Positions 15,590-23,424 of a DNA stretch of 45,226 nucleotides are shown piece after piece; the stretch's first letter is position 1, and every line of letters starts with the position of its first letter. The stretch covers positions 1-45,226 of IMG/VR virus record IMGVR_UViG_3300022886_000003; one strand, given 5' to 3'. Source of the stretch: a virus. Its lineage: Duplodnaviria > Caudoviricetes. Made by a program: the position numbers and the translations under genes. The notes below the pieces were generated by a model, which was given only the letters and a program-made list of their open reading frames with translations, was not told the origin of the DNA and did no database searches.

Positions 15590-15982
15590 ATGAAACTCAT
15601 CACACTGGCATTAGCCGCTGGCATCACGCTGTCGGCGCAATCTCCGATCGTGGTTAGCCGCGACGGCAAGTATCTCGGCAATCTCTCCTCGAATCCGTAC
15701 GACCCGAACTCGATTGCCAATCCTTACGGCCGGTATGGTTCGCCCTACCAGTCCGATAGCGTGAATAATCCCTATGGCAGGTATGGTTCGCCCTACTCGA
15801 ACCAGTCCGCCAATAATCCGTATGCGACGCAAGCGCCGATTGTGATTGCGCCGCGCCCCGCCTACACGGGAGGCTATCCGGTGTATCATGCTCCGGCTCC
15901 GGTGCGGCCGGCGATGTCCTACTACGCCCCGGTGTTGCCTGCCTATCCGATGGCTCCGGTGATGGGAGTGCTGCCCTACTAG
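15590..15982 (+). CDS. Secreted protein with NPYGRYGSPY repeats
   Basis: Signal peptide MKLITLALAAGITLSA; GKYLG.LS.NPYD.NSI.NPYG.YGSPY twice; Pro/Tyr tail. Confidence 0.8.
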   Translation: MKLITLALAAGITLSAQSPIVVSRDGKYLGNLSSNPYDPNSIANPYGRYGSPYQSDSVNNPYGRYGSPYSNQSANNPYATQAPIVIAPRPAYTGGYPVYHAPAPVRPAMSYYAPVLPAYPMAPVMGVLPY

Positions 15983-15986
15983 TCCA

Positions 15987-16319
15987 ATGGGGATCGAAGT
16001 AAAACCGATTCCGCGGAAGCCGTTCTCGGGTCTGTCCCGGGAGCGGCTTTCGTCGTCGCATCCGGATCTGCTGCGGAGCGCCGCGTTTGCCGAGGCTTCG
16101 TATCTGCTCGCCTACTACGGCGATGATGCGTTGAGCGGACTCGCCGTGTATTTCGAAGCCATCGCGGAAGATTTCAGGGTCAGGGTGAGGCGGCGCGATC
16201 AGGCGTCGAAGCTGGCGGCGGCGGAGAAACTCGAGGATTTGCGGGTGCGTTATCCGCATCTGCATGTGCAGCCTAATCAGCAAGCCAAGTTCAAGAAAGA
16301 AAAACCAAATGAGCGATAG
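15987..16319 (+). CDS. Hypothetical protein
   Basis: 110 aa in a tightly packed plus-strand operon. Confidence 0.6.
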   Translation: MGIEVKPIPRKPFSGLSRERLSSSHPDLLRSAAFAEASYLLAYYGDDALSGLAVYFEAIAEDFRVRVRRRDQASKLAAAEKLEDLRVRYPHLHVQPNQQAKFKKEKPNER

Positions 16320-16530
16320 CTATCAGGACGGAATGGATGCGCGTATGGACGCCACAGATTTGGCGTTGCGTCTGGCGGCACCCGGTAGAAACAGGCGCTG
16401 CCGGGAATGTGGCGGCCCGGTAAAAGGCGCACTCACGTTTCACGGAACGCACCTGAGCAAGGATGACTGCATAGCTCATCTCAAAGCGAACATGACCGAC
16501 TTGCTGGCAAGGCTGAAAGAAAAGCCATGA
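16309..16530 (+). CDS. Hypothetical protein (CxxC...H...C)
   Basis: ATG 16309; ATGA coupling to the next gene. Confidence 0.6.
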   Translation: MSDSYQDGMDARMDATDLALRLAAPGRNRRCRECGGPVKGALTFHGTHLSKDDCIAHLKANMTDLLARLKEKP

Positions 16531-16748
16531 TTCGCAGGCAAGCCTATTTGCATAAAGGCATTCGCATGACCGGCGAGGCGGTAGCCATTGAGTACAACGA
16601 GATCTCCGTCTCGAGGGCCAGCCGCGGTGTGGTGCGGTGCCATTTCTGCCTGGAGCCGGCGGCGGGTGAGCGGCTGCGCCTCGGCCTGGTGCGGGCGCGC
16701 GTGTGTCCGCCCTGCCGCGTTGCCCGCAATATTCCATTGGAGGTTTGA
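16527..16748 (+). CDS. Small Zn-finger protein
   Basis: CHFC...VCPPC. Confidence 0.6.
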   Translation: MIRRQAYLHKGIRMTGEAVAIEYNEISVSRASRGVVRCHFCLEPAAGERLRLGLVRARVCPPCRVARNIPLEV

Positions 16749-17027
16749 ATGCCTAAGATTTATTGCTTCATCAACGGAGGCATCCCAGGCTTGCTTGACG
16801 TGATAGCGATGGCCGAGGATGGCACTTACCTCGCCGGGCATGGGTCGTCCAACGAAGGTTGGGCGCGCCACGATATCGGCATCTCGTCGGACTGGAAGCA
16901 TGACCGCTATCGCGAGCACTACCCGGATGGCTACGACCTCGTCTGGCTCGACAAACCCAAGGGCCATCCCGGACTACAAGAAGCCTACGCCCGCAACCAA
17001 GCCATGAAACCGGAGGAACCTGAATGA
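16749..17027 (+). CDS. Hypothetical phage protein
   Basis: GGAGG RBS; AMAEDGTYLAGHGSSNEGWARHDIG...YPDGY. Confidence 0.75.
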   Translation: MPKIYCFINGGIPGLLDVIAMAEDGTYLAGHGSSNEGWARHDIGISSDWKHDRYREHYPDGYDLVWLDKPKGHPGLQEAYARNQAMKPEEPE

Positions 17028-17626
17028 GCCTGCCCCGTCCCATCATCCCCGCCCCGCCGGCGCCGCCGCTCGAGAGGGAGATTCACCCGTATACCGATCC
17101 CAAGCCAAAGGTGTTCGAGGGCGCCACCACTCCGCTCGCTGTCGACGTGAAGAACATGGGCAACGCGCCGCGTCTGCCCGCCGCCGAGGGAGATTACAAG
17201 AAGCGCGTGACCGCCAGGACAAAGGCCAAGGCCAAGTCGAACGAGTCGGTCAAGCGCCGGGATCTGATCCCCGGGCACGAGATCTATCTCATGATCTGTC
17301 AGCAGATCGGCTCGGACCCCACCGCGAAGAAGACCATCACCATCGACGCCGGCGAGGAAAGAACCGCGATGAAGGTGCGGGTGAACTTCTACAGTTGGCG
17401 CCAGGCCACGATCAAGGAATTGGGGGCCGATTTCGCCGCCGATAATCACCTCCGCGATATCAAGGTCTACCTCGACCCGGTGCTCGACGAGCAGGGCGTC
17501 ATCCGGCGCCATGCCAAGAGCCACTTCCCGGTGAGTAACGGCAAGGTGATCTTCTATTCGATCAGGAGCATGCGCGAGATGCAGGCGCTATCGCAGGCGC
17601 TGCCGCAATTGGGGGTAAACCCATGA
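17024..17626 (+). CDS. Hypothetical protein
   Basis: 200 aa; GGAGG RBS; ATGA overlap. Confidence 0.75.
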   Translation: MSLPRPIIPAPPAPPLEREIHPYTDPKPKVFEGATTPLAVDVKNMGNAPRLPAAEGDYKKRVTARTKAKAKSNESVKRRDLIPGHEIYLMICQQIGSDPTAKKTITIDAGEERTAMKVRVNFYSWRQATIKELGADFAADNHLRDIKVYLDPVLDEQGVIRRHAKSHFPVSNGKVIFYSIRSMREMQALSQALPQLGVNP

Positions 17627-17784
17627 CCACTCGAGAGGCTGAGTCAACGAACTGCCCGTGGTGCAAGCTGCCGCTCTCAGAGTGCGCCTGCGAGGAGCCG
17701 GAACCCGAGCCTGTGCGGTGCGCCGAATGCGGGGCGCCGCTGTTTGACTGCGAGTGCGACAAAAGAATCCTGGAGGAGGAATGA
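17623..17784 (+). CDS. 53-aa protein with two CxxC..PL..CxC units
   Basis: CPWCKLPLSECAC and CAECGAPLFDCEC; coupled at both ends. Confidence 0.65.
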   Translation: MTTREAESTNCPWCKLPLSECACEEPEPEPVRCAECGAPLFDCECDKRILEEE

Positions 17785-17969
17785 TGGACTGGTTTGCTTT
17801 CACCGCAGCTCTGGTGGCCTGTATGCTCACGTTGGGCAACGCGCTGATCGCCTCGTGGGCCAGCGGCAAGACGGACAAGCGCATCCTCGACCTGGAGGCG
17901 CGGCTCTCCGGCCTCGAGCGGGTGCGCTCCGCCGACCCCTACGTCTACCAGCCGCAGGATTTGGAATAG
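17784..17969 (+). CDS. Small membrane protein
   Basis: GGAGG RBS; N-terminal TM followed by a coiled segment. Confidence 0.65.
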   Translation: MDWFAFTAALVACMLTLGNALIASWASGKTDKRILDLEARLSGLERVRSADPYVYQPQDLE

Positions 17970-18023
17970 CTACCTAATATATCTACCTAGCCTCTTGACA
18001 TCTACCTAGATACAGGCTACTAT
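17970..18023 (+). promoter_or_regulatory. Strong promoter with operator-like direct repeats
   Basis: TTGACA(17995)-17 nt-TACTAT(18018); CTACCTA at 17970, 17983 and 18002. Confidence 0.85.
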
Positions 18024-18049
18024 CAGAACAGAAAGGATCACACACACAC

Positions 18050-18370
18050 ATGAACGCTTCACTTCACCAGCACTCGACCGACGAAAAGATCGCCTTCCGG
18101 GTCACGCACAACGACGGCTCGGCCTGGCTCACCATCACCGACCCGGGCGGCAATTACCTCACGCTGTTCTTCGAACCCGCCGCCATCGCCGACATCATGG
18201 CCGGGATGGAGTCCGCGCTCGGCGAGATGGAAACCATCGCCGCCCACCTTGACCGCGACTCCGACGGCGAGCTGGCCCCCGCGGGCCACTCCGAGCAGGA
18301 CGGGGTGCTCGTCGCCTCGCTCGCCGATGACGGCACCGGCATCCGCGTTTCCTTCGGAGGCCGCTCGTAA
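18050..18370 (+). CDS. Hypothetical acidic protein
   Basis: 106 aa; AAAGGATCACACACACAC-ATG leader. Confidence 0.75.
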   Translation: MNASLHQHSTDEKIAFRVTHNDGSAWLTITDPGGNYLTLFFEPAAIADIMAGMESALGEMETIAAHLDRDSDGELAPAGHSEQDGVLVASLADDGTGIRVSFGGRS

Positions 18371-19320
18371 TGAGCGACAATCTCCCCGCACGCATGGGTC
18401 TGGCCGAGGTCCAGACCCTCGGCGCTTTGCTCGCCAAGTCCGGCTATTTCCAGGATGCCAAGGACGTAGCGCAGGCTTGTGTCAAGGTGCTCGCCGGCCA
18501 GGAGCTGGGCCTGCCGCCGATAGCGTCTATGATGGGCATCTCCTTGATAAAAGGGAAGGTTACCCTCTCCGCCAATCTCATGGCTGCGCTGATCCGCCAG
18601 CATGGCTACGATTTCCGCGTCATCAAGCTCGATGGGCAGGGATGCGCCCTCGAGTTCCTCGGCAAGGATAAGGTCATGCTCGGCACGTCCACTTTCACCG
18701 AAGGGGACGCCCGGGTGGCCGGGATCAAGGGCGACATGTATAACAAGTACCCGCGCAACATGTACTTCGCCCGCGCCATCAGCAACGGCGCCAAGTGGTA
18801 CACGCCCGAGATCTTCGGCGGCGTGCCCGTCTACTCGGACGGCGAACTCGGCGACTCCGAGGGCGAGGTGGTTCAGCCTGCTGCGCCTGCCTCCTTCGCC
18901 GTCGACATCAACCCGGAGGCCAAGGATAGCTACTCGCCTGGTGCCGTCCTGAAGCGGGAGCCGCCCGCCAGACGCGCTGAGGAGGCCAAGCCTGCCCCGG
19001 CACCCCTCCCCGACATTGAGCCGCGCCTCGCCGAACTGTACGCGCAGACGACCAGCTTTGCCGGGACCGTGGCCGTCATCACCGGCTTCAAGCCCATCAT
19101 CAACGAGTTGACCGGCTCCGAGCACGAGTACTACCGCATCATCGGACTGCACGGCATGGCCCACGGGAATGAGTTGCAAGGCAAAACGAGAGGGCAGATC
19201 CGCAAAGTGATTAAAGACCTGTATGACTACTGCACGTCGATTGCTAGCCCGCCTCCCCCCGATCCGGCTGAAGCGGCTGAAGCCTGGGACGCTCTCGCGG
19301 AGGGCACCGATGCACGATAA
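18370..19320 (+). CDS. RecT/Redbeta-like single-strand annealing protein
   Basis: LAKSGYF...GQELGLPP..SM..I..IKGK; YPRNMYFARA...PEIFGG.VYS.GE. Confidence 0.75.
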   Translation: MSDNLPARMGLAEVQTLGALLAKSGYFQDAKDVAQACVKVLAGQELGLPPIASMMGISLIKGKVTLSANLMAALIRQHGYDFRVIKLDGQGCALEFLGKDKVMLGTSTFTEGDARVAGIKGDMYNKYPRNMYFARAISNGAKWYTPEIFGGVPVYSDGELGDSEGEVVQPAAPASFAVDINPEAKDSYSPGAVLKREPPARRAEEAKPAPAPLPDIEPRLAELYAQTTSFAGTVAVITGFKPIINELTGSEHEYYRIIGLHGMAHGNELQGKTRGQIRKVIKDLYDYCTSIASPPPPDPAEAAEAWDALAEGTDAR

Positions 19321-19885
19321 CAAGCTCTCCCTCTATGCCATCGAGAGTGAACTCGTGCAGTTCATTGATACCGAGGCGCTCGTCCCCGAGGACCAGCTCG
19401 CCGCCTTCCAGGCTGCCTTCCTCGAGAAGACGCAGCAGGCGATTCAAAAGCGCGGCAACTGCATTCGGGCCATCTCCCACATCGAGGCCCAGATTGCCGG
19501 CGCCCGGGCCGAGGAGAACCGCATTGCCGCATGGCGTGGCAGTCTCGAGTCCGGCTTGGCGCGCTTCAAGGATTATCTGGTCAGGTGCATCGAACTGTCG
19601 GGGCAGAAGAAAGTCGAGGCCGACAACGGCAGCCTCGCTATCCAGGCCAACCCGGAGTCCGTCGAGATCACCGACGCCACGCTCATCCCCGATGAGTTCC
19701 AAACGGTCACGGTCAAGATGCCGGCCGCCGTCTATCGCAACCTGCTGAACTACGACATCCTGCTCAAGGACTACGACGCCACCTTTAACCCCTCCAAGAG
19801 CGCCATCAAAGAGGCGATCAAGGCAGGCAGGGATATTCCGGGGTGCGATTTGCGGTTCGGGAAATGGTCTCTTCGGGTACGCTGA
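19310..19885 (+). CDS. Siphovirus Gp157-like (Gam-like) protein
   Basis: LSLYAI..E; coiled coil; NPESVEITD..LIPDEF; KSAIKEAIKAG.DIPG. Confidence 0.8.
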   Translation: MHDNKLSLYAIESELVQFIDTEALVPEDQLAAFQAAFLEKTQQAIQKRGNCIRAISHIEAQIAGARAEENRIAAWRGSLESGLARFKDYLVRCIELSGQKKVEADNGSLAIQANPESVEITDATLIPDEFQTVTVKMPAAVYRNLLNYDILLKDYDATFNPSKSAIKEAIKAGRDIPGCDLRFGKWSLRVR

Positions 19886-19889
19886 CCTC

Positions 19890-20246
19890 ATGCTGCCGGG
19901 CCTGCTCAAGAAGTTCGGCTTATCCAAGGACGGGGGCGTGTCCCCCGTCGAACCCGTTTTACCCCTTGGGATCCGTGATAAGAAGCGGTTCGAACAGCTT
20001 AATAAATTAATTGCCGCCGGTTACGGGGAGATCAGTCAAGACAAGATCCCGGATGAGGTGATGATCGCCCTCGAGGAGGGCAAGCCGGTGCCGCGGCGCC
20101 GCCCTCAGAGTGAGGAGAATCCCTTCGCCGCCCCCAAACCGAAGAAACCGCCGCGCCAGATGACCCCGGAGAGGATCGAGCGCCGCCGCATCAATGCCAA
20201 GCTCCGTTACCAGTACCGCTTCCCCGGAAGGAAAGAAAGCAAATGA
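19890..20246 (+). CDS. Basic hypothetical protein
   Basis: 118 aa; operon packing. Confidence 0.6.
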   Translation: MLPGLLKKFGLSKDGGVSPVEPVLPLGIRDKKRFEQLNKLIAAGYGEISQDKIPDEVMIALEEGKPVPRRRPQSEENPFAAPKPKKPPRQMTPERIERRRINAKLRYQYRFPGRKESK

Positions 20247-20446
20247 CGAAGGACCACCTGAACAAAGTGCGCGCCGCCATCATCGCCCTCGACCGGGCGG
20301 CCAACCGCCTGCCCATCGTCGAGCGGAGTGACCGCCTGCTCCATACCGAACTGCAGGATGCCGCCGACGGGCTCGTCGAGGTGAGGGAAGACATCTCCGT
20401 CCTGCTCGAGATCAAAGAGAACATGCGAAAGGCGATGACCCGATGA
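20243..20446 (+). CDS. Hypothetical protein
   Basis: 67 aa; ATGA overlaps. Confidence 0.65.
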   Translation: MTKDHLNKVRAAIIALDRAANRLPIVERSDRLLHTELQDAADGLVEVREDISVLLEIKENMRKAMTR

Positions 20447-20610
20447 AAGAATCAACCCCGATGCGTGTGGTGGCCGTCGATGACGACGGCATCGTCCGAC
20501 TGCGCCGGCTTAGCCCGCTCGAGTGGTTCGCCTACCGCTCCTCCTATGCCGTGGGCTGGCTCGCCCACTGGACCCATGAAATCCTGCACAAGCTCCGTAA
20601 TTTTTCATGA
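20443..20610 (+). CDS. 55-aa hypothetical protein
   Basis: MKESTPMRVVAVDDDG...; ATGA overlaps at both ends. Confidence 0.6.
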   Translation: MKESTPMRVVAVDDDGIVRLRRLSPLEWFAYRSSYAVGWLAHWTHEILHKLRNFS

Positions 20611-20966
20611 AAATCCACGGAGCCAACCTACCCAAGGCAAAGAGTGAGCCGGAAGAACGGTTCGCTTTAGCGTGGAAAGTCCTCGGCGGGCCCCCCTTCG
20701 AGCGCGAGTACCTCGTGGCACCGCCCCGGAAATGGCGCCTGGACTTCGCTTGGCCGGCAGCCATGATCGCCGTCGAGATCGAGGGCGGGATACACGAAGG
20801 CGCTTCCCGCGGCCGGCATATGAGGCAGGAGGGGTTCGCCGCCGACTGTGAGAAGTACGCAAACTGCGCGCTCCTGGGATTCAGGATCATCCGCCTTACC
20901 CCTGATATGATTCAGCCCACTCTCTTGAACCGGATTGCCCTGGAGATCCGGAGGTGTGCGCCATGA
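20607..20966 (+). CDS. PD-(D/E)XK/Vsr-like endonuclease
   Basis: RKWRLDFAWP...IAVEIEGG...GRH...GFAADCEKY..GFRIIR. Confidence 0.8.
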   Translation: MKIHGANLPKAKSEPEERFALAWKVLGGPPFEREYLVAPPRKWRLDFAWPAAMIAVEIEGGIHEGASRGRHMRQEGFAADCEKYANCALLGFRIIRLTPDMIQPTLLNRIALEIRRCAP

Positions 20967-21175
20967 GCCGGCCCCTCGGCCTGACCCAGCAGGACTACGA
21001 CGAACTCGAATTTCCCCGGCGGCCGGCGGAACCGGCAGCGCCTCCCATCGTGCTGACGCTGTGGGAAAGTGCCTTGTTTTTCTTCGCTTGCGCCGCCTGC
21101 CTGGGACTCGTCCTCGCCTACTGCGTTAGCGCACTGTTGTGCCGGGTGGTGAAAGGAAGGTGGCCCCAATGGTGA
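20963..21175 (+). CDS. Small membrane protein
   Basis: One long hydrophobic segment; ATGA overlap. Confidence 0.6.
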   Translation: MSRPLGLTQQDYDELEFPRRPAEPAAPPIVLTLWESALFFFACAACLGLVLAYCVSALLCRVVKGRWPQW

Positions 21176-21214
21176 TCCTCCAGGTGCTCGAAGAAACCCG
21201 CATCGAGGTGCTGA

Positions 21215-21403
21215 ATGCTCGATGACAAAGGACGGGTGCGCTGCCCGCGCTGCAAAGCGTTGGCCCTCAAGGAATCCAGCAACTTTAACGACATCACCTA
21301 CCGGTGCAGTTCCGAGGACTGCGAGACGCTGTTCTTCATGAAGAACGACAGGGGCGTTCCGAAACCGTATCAGCCTGGAGAGAAGCGGAAACTGACGTAT
21401 TGA
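21215..21403 (+). CDS. Small Zn-ribbon protein
   Basis: CPRC...YRCSSEDC; GAGG RBS. Confidence 0.6.
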   Translation: MLDDKGRVRCPRCKALALKESSNFNDITYRCSSEDCETLFFMKNDRGVPKPYQPGEKRKLTY

Positions 21404-21410
21404 AAAGCTT

Positions 21411-21593
21411 ATGATCATCCTCAACGTGCTCGAAGAAACCCGCATGCCGGCGCTCGCCTCGCATGCCGATGACGATGGCTCGGTGGTGGTCACCACCCTC
21501 GGCAGCCGGGTCCGCCTCGACCCCCGGAACCTCAAGCTGCAGGTGCTGGTCAGGATCGCATTGAGTCTGGCTTTAGGAAGGCAGAACAAGTGA
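21411..21593 (+). CDS. Hypothetical protein
   Basis: 60 aa; GTGA overlap with queD. Confidence 0.6.
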   Translation: MIILNVLEETRMPALASHADDDGSVVVTTLGSRVRLDPRNLKLQVLVRIALSLALGRQNK

Positions 21594-21934
21594 TCTCCAT
21601 CTTCCTCGAAGACTCCTTCGACGCCGCCCACTGGCTGCCGAACGTACCGGAAGATCACAAGTGCCGCCACCTGCACGGCCACACCTACCGCATCCGCATC
21701 GAGGTGACCGGCGAGATCGGCTCGCGCTCCGGCTGGATAATGGATTACTCGGAGCTCCGGGAGAAGTGGCTGCCCCTCAAGGAGCAGCTCGACCACCGCT
21801 CGCTCAACGATCTCCTCCCCAATCCCACCTGCGAAGTCCTCGCCGCCTGGATCGCGGCGAACCTGTGCGTCTCCGGCCTCAAGCGGGTCGAGTTGCGCGA
21901 GACAGTGAACTGCGGAGTGGTCTACACCCTATGA
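21590..21934 (+). CDS. queD: 6-carboxy-5,6,7,8-tetrahydropterin synthase
   Basis: FDAAH.L....HKCRHLHGHTY; LDHRSLN; NPTCE; LRET. Confidence 0.93.
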   Translation: MISIFLEDSFDAAHWLPNVPEDHKCRHLHGHTYRIRIEVTGEIGSRSGWIMDYSELREKWLPLKEQLDHRSLNDLLPNPTCEVLAAWIAANLCVSGLKRVELRETVNCGVVYTL

Positions 21935-22551
21935 CCTTCCTCCTTGACACCTCCGAAGACCTCGCGGTGTGCGCCTCGGACCTCGGCGTGGAGGCATCCT
22001 CGGTGGGGCAGCTCCTCACCCCGCTCACCCGGTTCAGCAATCGAGGCGGTGCGTTTGCCATCGACAACGGAGCCTACTCCGCCTTCGACCCCGCCTCGTA
22101 CCGGTCCCTGCTCAAGCGAGAGTGGGAGAACCGGGGGCGGTGCCTCTTTGTGGTGGCCCCCGACATGGTGGGTAGCCAGTCGCTCACGCTCGACCTCTGG
22201 GAGCGGTGGCGCAAGGATCTCTCAGGCTGGCCCAAGGTGGCCCTCGTCCTCCAGAACGGGGCCGAGCACCACCGCCTGCCGTGGCACGAGTTCGATTGCC
22301 TGTTCGTCGGCGGGGACGATCAGTTCAAAGGCTCGGCGGTGGCGCGCCAGCATATCCGCGCCGCCAAGATGTTCTCAAAGTGGGTGCATGTCGGCCGGGT
22401 GAACACGCCCGAGCGCTACCGATGGTGCGAGGAGCTGGAAGTGGACTCGATCGACGGCAGCGGCATCAGCCAGTACTCGAGTATGCGTTCAGCCATCACC
22501 GGCAACGGGCAGGTGTCGTTAGATCTGGCTTTAGAAAGCCATTCCAAGTAA
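21931..22551 (+). CDS. DpdA/TGT-like transglycosylase (putative 7-deazaguanine DNA insertion)
   Basis: FAIDNGAYS; APDMVG; FVGG; WVHVGRVN; DSIDGSG; translationally coupled to queD (ATGA). Confidence 0.65.
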   Translation: MTFLLDTSEDLAVCASDLGVEASSVGQLLTPLTRFSNRGGAFAIDNGAYSAFDPASYRSLLKREWENRGRCLFVVAPDMVGSQSLTLDLWERWRKDLSGWPKVALVLQNGAEHHRLPWHEFDCLFVGGDDQFKGSAVARQHIRAAKMFSKWVHVGRVNTPERYRWCEELEVDSIDGSGISQYSSMRSAITGNGQVSLDLALESHSK

Positions 22552-22560
22552 GCTAGAGCC

Positions 22561-22851
22561 ATGACAAGCAAGCTAGTCTCTAGCACAGGGGAGAAGATCA
22601 CAGGGAGGCCATGCGAACTTTGCTGGAACACCGGCATCGTCTCGCTCGTAGGTAGACCGGCGCGGGTTCCCTGCGAAGATATCTGGAAGTGGCAGGCCCC
22701 CTGCGGCTGCCATGCCGGCGACCAGTGGCGCAAGGAAGCGCAGGTCTGCCTCGACCCGCCGCCGTGCGAGGTGTGCGGCCGCCTCGCCGAGGTCACCCTC
22801 ACCACCTACCCGCGCTGCGTCCAGTGCGATCTGGGTCGGCGGTGTGCTTAA
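22561..22851 (+). CDS. Cys-rich Zn-finger protein
   Basis: CELC.NTG...CGC.AG; CEVC; CVQC. Confidence 0.65.
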   Translation: MTSKLVSSTGEKITGRPCELCWNTGIVSLVGRPARVPCEDIWKWQAPCGCHAGDQWRKEAQVCLDPPPCEVCGRLAEVTLTTYPRCVQCDLGRRCA

Positions 22852-22859
22852 GCAGTTAG

Positions 22860-23412
22860 CCTTGTACGCTCGCGTCTTCGACGCCGCGCACTGTTTTCTG
22901 CCCTCAACTCTTATGCTTCACAGAGGTGCATGGTATATGGCCGGTGCGGCCATGCCTCGCGGGGCGAGGTTATCTTTGCTGCGCGCTTCGCTTGCTCCTG
23001 AAACGCGTCGGGCCACTTGCTACCTAAGCAGCGAGCGGCCCAATCTGTTTAGCAGTGCGCCGTGTGCGCAGTCTGATCTTAACACCAACCTGTATGGTGA
23101 ATCTAGAGACGCACCGAGACTGATACCAGTCCCGGCTTGCAACCCGCACGGAGCCATCCGTCGATCGCAGGTGGCTTCGATCTTGGGTATGCCACCAACC
23201 TGTCCGGATCCTGTCGCGCCCGGTGTATGTCCCCTGAGGGGCCACGGTCCGATTAACGCTCCGCGACAACGCTCACCAGGTCTGTTAGGATACACCGGTC
23301 GACGCAGGCTATGTCCTGTCATCGGCTGTTCCTGGCTGGTACTGAAACCCGTGTTTCGCACCACGGCTGCGCCTGCTAAAGCGCGTCGGATTGCTCCGAC
23401 CACAGAAGTATA
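22860..23412. other. Highly structured non-coding region (large ncRNA and/or replication origin)
   Basis: Many hairpins, long-range stems, a possible pseudoknot and a minus-strand TATACT at 23407-12; overlapping ORFs lack RBS or recognisable features. Confidence 0.6.
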
Positions 23413-23424
23413 CACCTAACTCGT

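Noticed and set aside
23100-23320. Group I intron R/S-like words (GAGACTGA; minus-strand AGGACATAGCCT)
   Set aside because: No matching P7 partner in the right order and no interrupted gene.
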